A DNA stretch of 64,000 nucleotides, from positions 32,001-96,000 of IMG/VR virus record IMGVR_UViG_3300043788_000023. One strand, written 5' to 3'. Source of the DNA: a virus. Of the stretch, positions 54,744 through 63,191 are shown in pieces. The first letter of the stretch is position 1; each line of letters begins with the position of its first letter. The position numbers and the translations under genes are program-made. The notes under the pieces are model-generated. The model saw only the letters and a program-made list of their open reading frames with translations. It made no database searches and was not told where the DNA came from.

Positions 54744-57700
54744 CTACCTAGTCGCCCGGAAGGCGAACTTTTCCACCGTGGGACCTACCCAATTGCCGTT
54801 GATGTACGTATCTTCGCTAACGACGCCCGCTTCATCAAGGATGAACACCACCGGAAATCCGGGGTTTGCCATTGACAGGTTCTCCGCATGTCTTACTGCT
54901 TTCATGATTTCTTCGGGCTTGTATGTCGGCAGCACTTCTTCCTTGCCCCTGAAACGAATACGAACCTCGGACTTTTCTGTGCTTGCCTTGATGCCGACGC
55001 TTTCCAGAAAGCCCTTGTCGTCAGGGTGGTAATTCGGCCAACGGGACTCACGCCACTTCTCGGCTAGCTTTACCCCTGACGGTAGACTCGTCGCCCGCTG
55101 CGATTTGTAGAGGTACTGTCCAACACGCTGGATCGCTGCATCATCCGGGCGTTCCACCTTGCCCCACGCCGCATCAATGTCAGCGAACAGCATCTCAATT
55201 CCGCTGGGGCTTTCTGCACTGATCTTGGGCTTCGCAACGGACCCTTGGTCAGGTTCTTCTTGGTCGGTGTAGTCCGGCACGGTCTTGTAGGGCAATCCAT
55301 AGAACTCGGCGGCATACTCGTCGCCCATCATGTTCCACATCTCGTCCATGGTCTTGTGATTTTCCTCAGCAAGCTGCTGGATGTAAGCCTCCTGCATGAA
55401 GAAGCGCTTCGCTTCATCCTCGGCTTCCTCCACCTGTTCAAGGAAGTATTGCGACTGTTCGTCTTGCTCCCAATCCTGCTGCGAGTACTCGGCGGTCTTA
55501 TTTGACGAGACTTTGGTCAGATAATTAGTCCACTCCGGTTTGTTCACGGCGATGGTGGTGGATTGGGCACGATCCTCAAACTTTACTTGGAGTAGACGAG
55601 GAGCGATGAATTCCAACACCTCTCCCTTGCTGCGGTGTCCGGGGCGACCGTCGTCATAAAGCACGACGTCTCCCGGTTGGAGTGCAAGCATTTCCTCTTC
55701 AGTCATGCCCGCTGTTTTTGACGCAGTCACTCCGTTGGGGTTGACGAGCGGGCTGATCTGCGGGCGGCGTGTCTTCTTCTTTGGGTTCAGCGGCTCCTTC
55801 ACGCCCTGCATGATGTCCTTAGTGAGCAAGTCCTGCTCCTGCTTGTCAATGTGGTTCTTTATGTCATCACGGGGTGGTAGCATGCTCGGTGATGGAGCCA
55901 TCTCAATCAGTGCCTTCTTCTTGAGCAGGCTTGACTGACGGTATACACCGGGCTGCGATGGGTCTTCCACGTAGTTGCCGCTCGGCGGAGGTGCCGCTTC
56001 CTGCTTCTGGCGACGCTCCGGGCGACCCCCCGAGTAACTGTAGCGACCACGCACGTCTTCAAGGTCTTCGTGAACTTCCATGATGTCCACACCCTCTTCC
56101 CATGTCACGCCGTTAGCCAGCAGGTAGTCGGTGTATTTCTCAACAGCGTCCATGCCCCACCAGCCGACCCAGACTCCATTCCAGATCGTCCAGCTTGGTC
56201 TCTTCTCACGTTCCTTATAGTCAACGTCGCCAGTGACTTTCTCCATCTTTGCGAGGTCCTCTATGGACACGTACTTCTCGCCCTTCGTCCAGCCTTCTCG
56301 TCCTTCGTCGTCTGCGCCAGTTGCACGCTTCTTAAGTTCGTCCACCAAAACTTTTTCATAGCCAGGGTCACGAGAGATGAGGCGCTGTTCGCCTTCGGGC
56401 CAATAGCACTGCTGATCCTGCTTGAACTTCGTGAACGGCTTTATTGTCCGTTCGTCGGCTTCCTTGTCGTAAGTCTCTTCGCCGTTGTCGGTGTAGCGTA
56501 GCTGGCAAGTTTCGTTGATGGTCACGAGATACCCATCAAGCATGTTCTGGTTGTCCACCCACTGACCGGGGTTCGTCTCATAACGGGCAAGAAGAATCTG
56601 CTCAAACTCGGGCCAACGACCCTTGATGACGTTCTTGATGTAATTGGCGACACGGTCGTCCAAGCGGTTGCGCCCGCCCCACCGCTGCGAGGTGCTCGGC
56701 TTGTACTCATCACGGTTGTGGTAGCCCCTCTCCTTGTGCTCGCCCTTGGAGTAGCCGAGAATCTTTGTCTCGTACTCGGGCCAACGCCCCTTGATGACTT
56801 TCATGGCGTAGGTGAGCGGTAGATCGGTATGGTGAGTCCAGCTACGCTGGCGACCCTTGCTTTCCTGCGCATCCTTCTGACCAGAGAGAATCTTCTCTTC
56901 AAGTTCCGGCATGCGAGTGTGCAGCGTGTCAGCAGCGTAGTTGATGAGCGCCACTAGGTTGTTAGCTTCGAGGGCCGACCTTTGGAAGTCATCCCAAGTC
57001 TTGCCTTGGAAGAACGCCTCGGAATATCTACGTGCCTCGCCGGGATTGCCGACGATCATGCACTCTTCCGGGTTGAGCCTGCCGTTCTTCTTGCGCTTCA
57101 GTCCGGGGATAGCAGACCATGGCTGCTTCAGCACCCTGATGGCGTACTCGGCACAACCGTAACCAGACGCCAAGCCGGGCTTCGCTTTCAGGAGCTTTGC
57201 TTCAAACTCGGGCCAGCGGGTGCGACGACCACGTGCGGCGTAGTCAAGCGCCATGCGCATCTGTTCCATGTTGCGTGTCTGGAGAAAAAGCTTCTCAAGG
57301 AGGTAAGGTTCGATCTCAGGCCAAGGCCCCTTGATGAACTTAGCTGCGTAGTCAATCGCATTCTTGTCCACTTTGCCACGTGACTTGACTTTTTCAAAAA
57401 TGGTTTGAGCCAGCGGTTCCCATGGCTGTCCGGGGTGGAACACTGCGCCGTACTTCAGCAAAAGTTCCGTGTTGACATGAGCGCCGACAAGCTGCGCCTC
57501 AATCTCAGGCGGAAGCGCCTTCCCTGTAGCGAGAGCATGGCGCACTTGCATTTTGAATTTCTTACCGCTGTATTCTGAAGGGTCGCCGTAGCGGGTTCTG
57601 TAGCTGTAGCCACGTTCCCTGTCTCCGGCAGGATTCCACGGTTTGCTAGGTTCACGTGGTTCTTCCGGTCCTTCCGGTTCTTCTGGTTCCACTGGACGGG

Positions 57701-60602
57701 CTTTCGGTTCTCCGCTGACAGGGTCGTAGCGATTCCGCCACCAAGCATCGTACTGTTCCTGATAGGCGTCGTGTGCCTTTTGCCACTCTTGATATTGTGG
57801 TGTTTGCTGAAATGCCTTCCGTTTGTCTTCCCACTCGGCGTGGTCTTTTTGGAACTGGTCGTACTGTATCTGCCATTGGGCGAGTTCCTTGTTGTACTCA
57901 GCGATGGATTCGTCCCACTTAGTGTTATGCTCAACTTCCTTCTGCGACTCCTCGCCTAGAATCTTGGCGACGGTCTCTGGGTTGGAGACATTCTCCGTGA
58001 CCCACTCACGCACGCTCGGTTCCTTCTCAGCGAGTAGACCCAGTGCCCTTGCCAGCGAGGGGTCGGCCAAGAACTTTTCCGACCTGCCGTAGTTGCTTTC
58101 ACCAGTGACGGACTCAAGAATGCACACGTCTGCACGGTTCATGAACTGGTTGGACTCCGGGTGAAGCTGCGCCACGGCGGAACCTGCGTCAAAGAAGATG
58201 TAGAGTGGGCCGTCCTTCAAGTAGTGCGAAGCCATGCTGTTGCCGGGCGCTGCGGTACACCAGTTGGTGCCACCGCCAAGTTCAATAGCTGCGGCAGGTT
58301 CGGTGACCTTGTAGATGGTAACGTCGCCGTTCTTCACTACGATTTCCGCACCTTGGCGTACCTTTTCACGCTTCTCTTCCTTCTTACTGCCCATGCCCGC
58401 GGCCGTAGCTTGCTCAAGCGTTTCAAACAGCTTCACGGTGTCGTACTGCTGAATGTCCTTGTTGAACGTGAAGGCTGGGGACTTCTTGAATTTCTGGAAC
58501 ATCCCAAGCTGTTCCTTCATCTTTTCCGTGTCTTCTGGTAGCCTGATCTGACCTTTCGCAAGCTGCTTCGCAATCCACGCAGTGTAGTCGGTCTGGTTCG
58601 GGCTTGGGTCTGCTGCAATGCAAAGCTCAATCTGCTCGGGCGTGAGCTTAAACTGCTTCTGGAGAAGCTCTATCTTCTGGTCGGACGGGCGGGCGGACTT
58701 GGCGAACCAGCCGGAGTCCTCGCTGCTGCCGATCTTTTCCATGGCGACGTGCAGGTCGTTGCCGTCCACCTCGGAAGCCCACAGGCGTGCTTGGCGCTCA
58801 AACACGGCGTCTTCCTCGTCCATGATCGCCACGAGCCTGGCGTCCTCGGCGTCGTAATCGTAGTCGTCCAACTCCTCGTCCTCAAACGACTGCGTGTTCT
58901 CCTGCTCTTCCATGGAGGGTTTGCGAGTTGAGGGCTGCAACCCAATTGAGTACTCTGCGTCAGGAAGGTCATGCCCGCGAGGCATCCCCGGACGATAGTG
59001 CAGCGGCGGGTCTTTGAGGTAGACTTCGGTATCTTCGTACACAGCCCCGGTCATGTTCATCCCAAGTTCGGCAGGGTCTTGCATTTCTTCCGGCTCGTCG
59101 GACGCGCCTGCGTCGGGGTTGTCGGTGCCGCCGATTGGCGTGCCCATGCCGTAGCTCTTGGTCGGGACGTCCGCCAGCTTGACTCCCTTGCCTTGGGTGA
59201 CGGACTTGACCATCTCCGAATTGAGCACGAAGGAGTTCCCGATCTGCTCCGGCTTGACAGAGCCGATAGCTTTCAGCCACTTCCCCTTGTTCGCTGCCTG
59301 CGAAATCGGGTCCGACGTGTCACGCTTCCACTTCTCTGCACCGGGTGTGAAGCTGATGATGGAAATCTTCCCCGTGCCCATACCTTTGTTAAATTCCCAG
59401 TCCATCTTGGCAGCCCAGCGCACCGCATCCTCTGCGTTGTCCATGGCGAATATCTCGCCCTCACCGTAGCGTTCGCCGTCGTCACCCTTAACCCAGTTTG
59501 AGGTCTGGAGCGGGAGGATGCCCTTCGCCTTGATGCTCGGGACTTTGTCAGTGGGTGTGATGTGGTACAGCGTCTTGGCTGCCTTCTTGTCCAAGTTTGC
59601 GAGCGGAATGAAGTTCGCATGTTTGGTGTTATCGGAGTTGAACAGGACGTCGCCGTGCAGTTCGTTCTCATAGCAGCAGGCATCAGGGATGACGTGCATT
59701 CCGAAGAACTGGCACCACGAGTCACGTCCGTCTGAGTCCGGCTTCTCCGCCGCACCACCGTACTCGCAGCGCTTGCAGCCGAAACCCTGATCGTTGCGTT
59801 CTGCGTATCCCGCCGTCTTCTTGTCGTACTTGCGCTCAAGCTCTACAGGTGCCTTGCCGTCAGCGATCTTCCAGTAGCGGCACGTGCCGTGTTCTTTGCT
59901 GACCTCGCCCTCAACGAAGGCGCACAGCTTGTTGCCCAACATGTAGTGACAGCCCTTGCAGAGGTAGTCACCTTTGGGGTCAAACATGGAGCCGTGCTCG
60001 TAGTACTGCGCGGTCTCCTTCGCCACGTTGCGGATGCGGGTTTCCTTGTCCTCGTCGTATTCGCCCGTGTCCTCAACCCGGTGCCCGGCTGTTTTTGCCG
60101 AGGCTTGCATCGGCGCTTCCTTGAAGAACTCGTGATCCGCCTTGTCTTCCTCAATCGGTTCAATGGAGCGAGCTTCCTTCTCCCAGTCGCCCAGTACGTC
60201 TTCCAACGGCTTGACGCCGAGACCGACTAGCGTGGCTTGCGCCTCAACTTGGGAAGCGTCCCAATCCGGGTGAGCCTTGGCGATCTCCACGCAGCGGATG
60301 CCGTGCGCCCGGCTCTTGGTGTTGCGGTGGATGTTAACGCCGACCTTCGGCTGAGACTCCTTGAAGAACTCGGCATCGTCTGGGCTGGACGGCGGTGCGA
60401 GGTCTTTCGGGGGGATGATGGCTGGGGAGCCGGAGAACCCTTCCCCGTTGAGGCTCTCATCAAACTCGGTACCCTTGGCTTCCGGGGTGGACTCGCCCCT
60501 GCGGTGAGCGCCCAGAGAGTCGTAGTCGTCCGTGGTCATAGACTCCAGCAGGGCGTCCATGGCGCGTTTCTTCAGAAGTGGGGATTTGGGGTCGCGGCTC
60601 AT
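54744..60602 (-). CDS. Giant multi-module protein (tandem HiPIP-like, ART/Tpt1-like, PcfJ-like, helical repeats), putative head polyprotein
   Basis: 1952 aa; CKGC..C..V.G.V...GTC.YW and CKRC..WC..F...V.P.ACC; LYHITP...SIKAKGILP; GGGTNWCT..YL..GPLYI; YA...KGRWPE.E repeats; KxA linkers between modules. Confidence 0.7.
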   Translation of the reverse strand: MSRDPKSPLLKKRAMDALLESMTTDDYDSLGAHRRGESTPEAKGTEFDESLNGEGFSGSPAIIPPKDLAPPSSPDDAEFFKESQPKVGVNIHRNTKSRAHGIRCVEIAKAHPDWDASQVEAQATLVGLGVKPLEDVLGDWEKEARSIEPIEEDKADHEFFKEAPMQASAKTAGHRVEDTGEYDEDKETRIRNVAKETAQYYEHGSMFDPKGDYLCKGCHYMLGNKLCAFVEGEVSKEHGTCRYWKIADGKAPVELERKYDKKTAGYAERNDQGFGCKRCEYGGAAEKPDSDGRDSWCQFFGMHVIPDACCYENELHGDVLFNSDNTKHANFIPLANLDKKAAKTLYHITPTDKVPSIKAKGILPLQTSNWVKGDDGERYGEGEIFAMDNAEDAVRWAAKMDWEFNKGMGTGKISIISFTPGAEKWKRDTSDPISQAANKGKWLKAIGSVKPEQIGNSFVLNSEMVKSVTQGKGVKLADVPTKSYGMGTPIGGTDNPDAGASDEPEEMQDPAELGMNMTGAVYEDTEVYLKDPPLHYRPGMPRGHDLPDAEYSIGLQPSTRKPSMEEQENTQSFEDEELDDYDYDAEDARLVAIMDEEDAVFERQARLWASEVDGNDLHVAMEKIGSSEDSGWFAKSARPSDQKIELLQKQFKLTPEQIELCIAADPSPNQTDYTAWIAKQLAKGQIRLPEDTEKMKEQLGMFQKFKKSPAFTFNKDIQQYDTVKLFETLEQATAAGMGSKKEEKREKVRQGAEIVVKNGDVTIYKVTEPAAAIELGGGTNWCTAAPGNSMASHYLKDGPLYIFFDAGSAVAQLHPESNQFMNRADVCILESVTGESNYGRSEKFLADPSLARALGLLAEKEPSVREWVTENVSNPETVAKILGEESQKEVEHNTKWDESIAEYNKELAQWQIQYDQFQKDHAEWEDKRKAFQQTPQYQEWQKAHDAYQEQYDAWWRNRYDPVSGEPKARPVEPEEPEGPEEPREPSKPWNPAGDRERGYSYRTRYGDPSEYSGKKFKMQVRHALATGKALPPEIEAQLVGAHVNTELLLKYGAVFHPGQPWEPLAQTIFEKVKSRGKVDKNAIDYAAKFIKGPWPEIEPYLLEKLFLQTRNMEQMRMALDYAARGRRTRWPEFEAKLLKAKPGLASGYGCAEYAIRVLKQPWSAIPGLKRKKNGRLNPEECMIVGNPGEARRYSEAFFQGKTWDDFQRSALEANNLVALINYAADTLHTRMPELEEKILSGQKDAQESKGRQRSWTHHTDLPLTYAMKVIKGRWPEYETKILGYSKGEHKERGYHNRDEYKPSTSQRWGGRNRLDDRVANYIKNVIKGRWPEFEQILLARYETNPGQWVDNQNMLDGYLVTINETCQLRYTDNGEETYDKEADERTIKPFTKFKQDQQCYWPEGEQRLISRDPGYEKVLVDELKKRATGADDEGREGWTKGEKYVSIEDLAKMEKVTGDVDYKEREKRPSWTIWNGVWVGWWGMDAVEKYTDYLLANGVTWEEGVDIMEVHEDLEDVRGRYSYSGGRPERRQKQEAAPPPSGNYVEDPSQPGVYRQSSLLKKKALIEMAPSPSMLPPRDDIKNHIDKQEQDLLTKDIMQGVKEPLNPKKKTRRPQISPLVNPNGVTASKTAGMTEEEMLALQPGDVVLYDDGRPGHRSKGEVLEFIAPRLLQVKFEDRAQSTTIAVNKPEWTNYLTKVSSNKTAEYSQQDWEQDEQSQYFLEQVEEAEDEAKRFFMQEAYIQQLAEENHKTMDEMWNMMGDEYAAEFYGLPYKTVPDYTDQEEPDQGSVAKPKISAESPSGIEMLFADIDAAWGKVERPDDAAIQRVGQYLYKSQRATSLPSGVKLAEKWRESRWPNYHPDDKGFLESVGIKASTEKSEVRIRFRGKEEVLPTYKPEEIMKAVRHAENLSMANPGFPVVFILDEAGVVSEDTYINGNWVGPTVEKFAFRATR

Positions 60603-60671
60603 TCTATAGAAAGAGCGGGAAAGCTCAAAAAAGGTGGTAATATAAGACGTTGAAAACGCAGGGGATCACGA

Positions 60672-60702
60672 CTGGACATTTTTGGGGCCTTGGCTGTATA
60701 CT
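60672..60702 (+). promoter_or_regulatory. Early promoter CTGGACA-N14-GCTGTATACT
   Basis: TGGACA-18-TATACT upstream of the + strand small-gene operon. Confidence 0.7.
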
Positions 60703-60813
60703 ACGAGTGGAAGAACTACTCAAAGGCTGGACAGGAGACTGATTCGGAGAGGGCATCGCTTAGGTGCCTTGTCCAATCAGTCTCCGCCAGCAAAAATTTA
60801 GGAGAATAACACA

Positions 60814-60966
60814 ATGTGCGAGATCGGAAAACCACTGGAGATTCTGAACGTGGAACCGCTGAACCTTCCAGCGCCCCTGCGCCGGGAACAGGAACAGCCG
60901 CAAGAACAGCCAGTGACCATTGAAGTCCCGGTCACGGCGGAAGCCATTCTCGTAGAGCAAGTCTAG
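60814..60966 (+). CDS. 50-aa acidic Pro/Glu-rich peptide
   Basis: Manual ORF MCEIGKPLEILNVEPLNLPAP...; AGGAG SD; stop overlaps next start (TAGTG). Confidence 0.65.
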   Translation: MCEIGKPLEILNVEPLNLPAPLRREQEQPQEQPVTIEVPVTAEAILVEQV

Positions 60967-61826
60967 TGGCACGGCGGCGAGCCAATCACGGCTCTTTGCC
61001 ACACGCCCACTACGGCGTGGACTTGAGCAAGGTGCCCGACACGTACATTGAGCCGTTCATCGCCTATCGGGCGTGGAACTGGACGACCGAAGGCATCACG
61101 TCCCTCAATGGTGCGCTGTGGACTCCCAAGGAAGCATTTGAGGCACAGTGCAACTACCGCAACGACTGGAAAAGTGCGATGGCTGCGTGCGTCAGTGAAC
61201 AGGCTCGGGCGTTTTTCCAAACCAAAGAACACTTCTGCCCTGACTCCAACTGCACCTGCGGAATGTACGCCGGAATCAACATGCAGCACTTGATTGACAT
61301 CGGCTACATCCAGCGTGGTATCCACGGCGAAGTCAGCCTGTGGGGGCGCTTGGAGCGCAACACCCTCGGCTGGCGTGCGCAGTTTGCCTACCCTAAATTC
61401 TTCGTCGTCCCCGTGAACATGGTTCCCCTTGATATGACGGAAGCGAAATGCCGTCTTGATTCGCTGACCGAATTCGGCGTTGACATCTATCTCCAGCCGG
61501 ACACGGAAGTCACGCTCAAGAGCGAGAAGATTCCGCTGTGGATACCCGACTACGGTTACACCACGCAGGGCTTGTCATGGCTGGTAGAGAAGCGTGCGAA
61601 GTGGTACGCCGAGAAAGCCGCCCCGGTTCTCAAGGTGGGCGACCGTGTTGCGGTGTACGGCTCCACGAATGGCATTGGCATCGTGAAAGAGATCGTCGGC
61701 GACGACATGCTTTACACGATGTTCGCCCCCGACAAGATTTACCGCAAACCTGTGAAATCCGTCAAATTTGACAAACAAAACTGGCGCTGGGAGACAACCG
61801 GAGTCGGCTCGGTGCGTGGAGTCTAA
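60966..61826 (+). CDS. Hypothetical protein with CxCG Zn motif and C-terminal SH3/KOW-like domain
   Basis: YRAW...W.P...EAQC...H.CP...CTCGMYA...GEVSLWG...GWRAQFA; LKVGDRVAV...G.G.V. Confidence 0.7.
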   Translation: MARRRANHGSLPHAHYGVDLSKVPDTYIEPFIAYRAWNWTTEGITSLNGALWTPKEAFEAQCNYRNDWKSAMAACVSEQARAFFQTKEHFCPDSNCTCGMYAGINMQHLIDIGYIQRGIHGEVSLWGRLERNTLGWRAQFAYPKFFVVPVNMVPLDMTEAKCRLDSLTEFGVDIYLQPDTEVTLKSEKIPLWIPDYGYTTQGLSWLVEKRAKWYAEKAAPVLKVGDRVAVYGSTNGIGIVKEIVGDDMLYTMFAPDKIYRKPVKSVKFDKQNWRWETTGVGSVRGV

Positions 61827-61827
61827 C

Positions 61828-62031
61828 GTGAATAGCAGAGAATCAGCGTCCCTTGACCGCTACATCACCGGGAACTACGGAGAGGATCAGTTCCAAGGCG
61901 AAGCAGAATTTGAAGCCGAACTGGATCGCCTCTTGAACCTCCGAGACACGGCGATCAAGTCAAACGCCGGAGTTGAAGAGGCTGAGACGCTTCTCACCAA
62001 GCATTGCCCGGAGTGGCGGGAATATGTCTAA
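61828..62031 (+). CDS. Hypothetical early protein
   Basis: GTG start after GGAG; LDRYITGNYGEDQF. Confidence 0.55.
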   Translation: MNSRESASLDRYITGNYGEDQFQGEAEFEAELDRLLNLRDTAIKSNAGVEEAETLLTKHCPEWREYV

Positions 62032-62356
62032 TGACGAGACGCAAAAACTCGTAGACTCCGTGATGGGGAACCTCAAGACTCTGTTGCAAGAGATGTCGGA
62101 CTCGGCGCAATCGCTGCACAAGCAGTGGGTAGAACGTGCCAGAGAACTCCAAAATTATCGCACCGGGTACGGCGGGCAGATGTACGAAGAGACCGAGTCT
62201 GAGGCACGGGCGCATGCGCAGAAACAACGTGAATGCGACGAACTTTACGATAGGGCGAAGACCATTGAAGAGTGCATGAACCTCGTGGCTCGCCGGGTGA
62301 ACAACATCATCGGGGAGAACATCGTGATTCAGTTTTCCAAATGGAACATGCGATGA
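62024..62356 (+). CDS. Hypothetical coiled-coil protein
   Basis: Overlapping start/stop packing. Confidence 0.55.
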   Translation: MSNDETQKLVDSVMGNLKTLLQEMSDSAQSLHKQWVERARELQNYRTGYGGQMYEETESEARAHAQKQRECDELYDRAKTIEECMNLVARRVNNIIGENIVIQFSKWNMR

Positions 62357-62532
62357 CAGGCTGTAAGTGGTGCGATGGCGGATACTACCCGGCTGTGAAT
62401 GTGAACGGCGTGGTTATCCACCGTACACCGCCGACCGTGGTTGTTGCACGCATCGTAGACGAGAAGATCGTGCCCATTGAGTCAATCTACAGGAGCGGTA
62501 TTGAACTATGTCAGGCAACACAGGCAAAATGA
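62353..62532 (+). CDS. Hypothetical protein (CxxC)
   Basis: ATGA overlaps on both sides. Confidence 0.45.
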   Translation: MTGCKWCDGGYYPAVNVNGVVIHRTPPTVVVARIVDEKIVPIESIYRSGIELCQATQAK

Positions 62533-62699
62533 CAGCAGAGGCGCTCGCCGTTCGGGGGCCGAGGATGGCTCTCGCCCGGCTCACGAATGGGAAGCTCCAG
62601 ATTTTTGACAGCGAGTACCGTGTGCCAGCCGGAGCCAGCATCATCGCAAGGTCGTACACTTGGAGCTACCTGAAGAGGATTGAAAAATTTCAAGGGTGA
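62529..62699 (+). CDS. Hypothetical protein
   Basis: ATGA overlap; last gene of the + operon. Confidence 0.4.
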   Translation: MTAEALAVRGPRMALARLTNGKLQIFDSEYRVPAGASIIARSYTWSYLKRIEKFQG

Positions 62700-63187
62700 C
62701 ACGGATTTTGCCAGTCAAAACCGTCCCGCAGCTTGATGATCTGCTTAGTATCCCATCGGTACACAAACAATCCCTGTTCGTTGAAAGTGTAGATGTCAAT
62801 CTTGGCGTCGTCTGCGACCTTGGTGTCCCCGTGGTTAGGGTCGCCGAGGATATTATTTTCTGGCGTAGAGGGAGCGCCTCCCGTGCCCTTCGGATGGACA
62901 TGGAACGCGGCCGGTGTGAGGATGGTGATCACCGTGGTCAAGCTCCCCTGCTCGTTCGTGTGTTCATGAGGGACGACCATGAGGTCTTTCGTGCCTACGT
63001 CTATGCGGAAACCCGCCTCGGCCCCGCTTGTGCCATCTCCCGTCTCTATCCAAGCGTCTACCATCGCCTTGATCACATCCGGGCGGCACGCCAACGTGTC
63101 GGCAACGGGCGTCGGCGGGACAGGTGCCCGCACCGGGCGGCACGACATAAGCAAGAGGAACGGAACGACCAGTAGTAGTTTTCTCAT
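62690..63187 (-). CDS. Lipoprotein with JAB/MPN-like metallohydrolase motif
   Basis: MRKLLLVVPFLLLMSC lipobox; EAGF...FHVHP...PS...D. Confidence 0.55.
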   Translation of the reverse strand: MRKLLLVVPFLLLMSCRPVRAPVPPTPVADTLACRPDVIKAMVDAWIETGDGTSGAEAGFRIDVGTKDLMVVPHEHTNEQGSLTTVITILTPAAFHVHPKGTGGAPSTPENNILGDPNHGDTKVADDAKIDIYTFNEQGLFVYRWDTKQIIKLRDGFDWQNPCHP

Positions 63188-63191
63188 ATCC

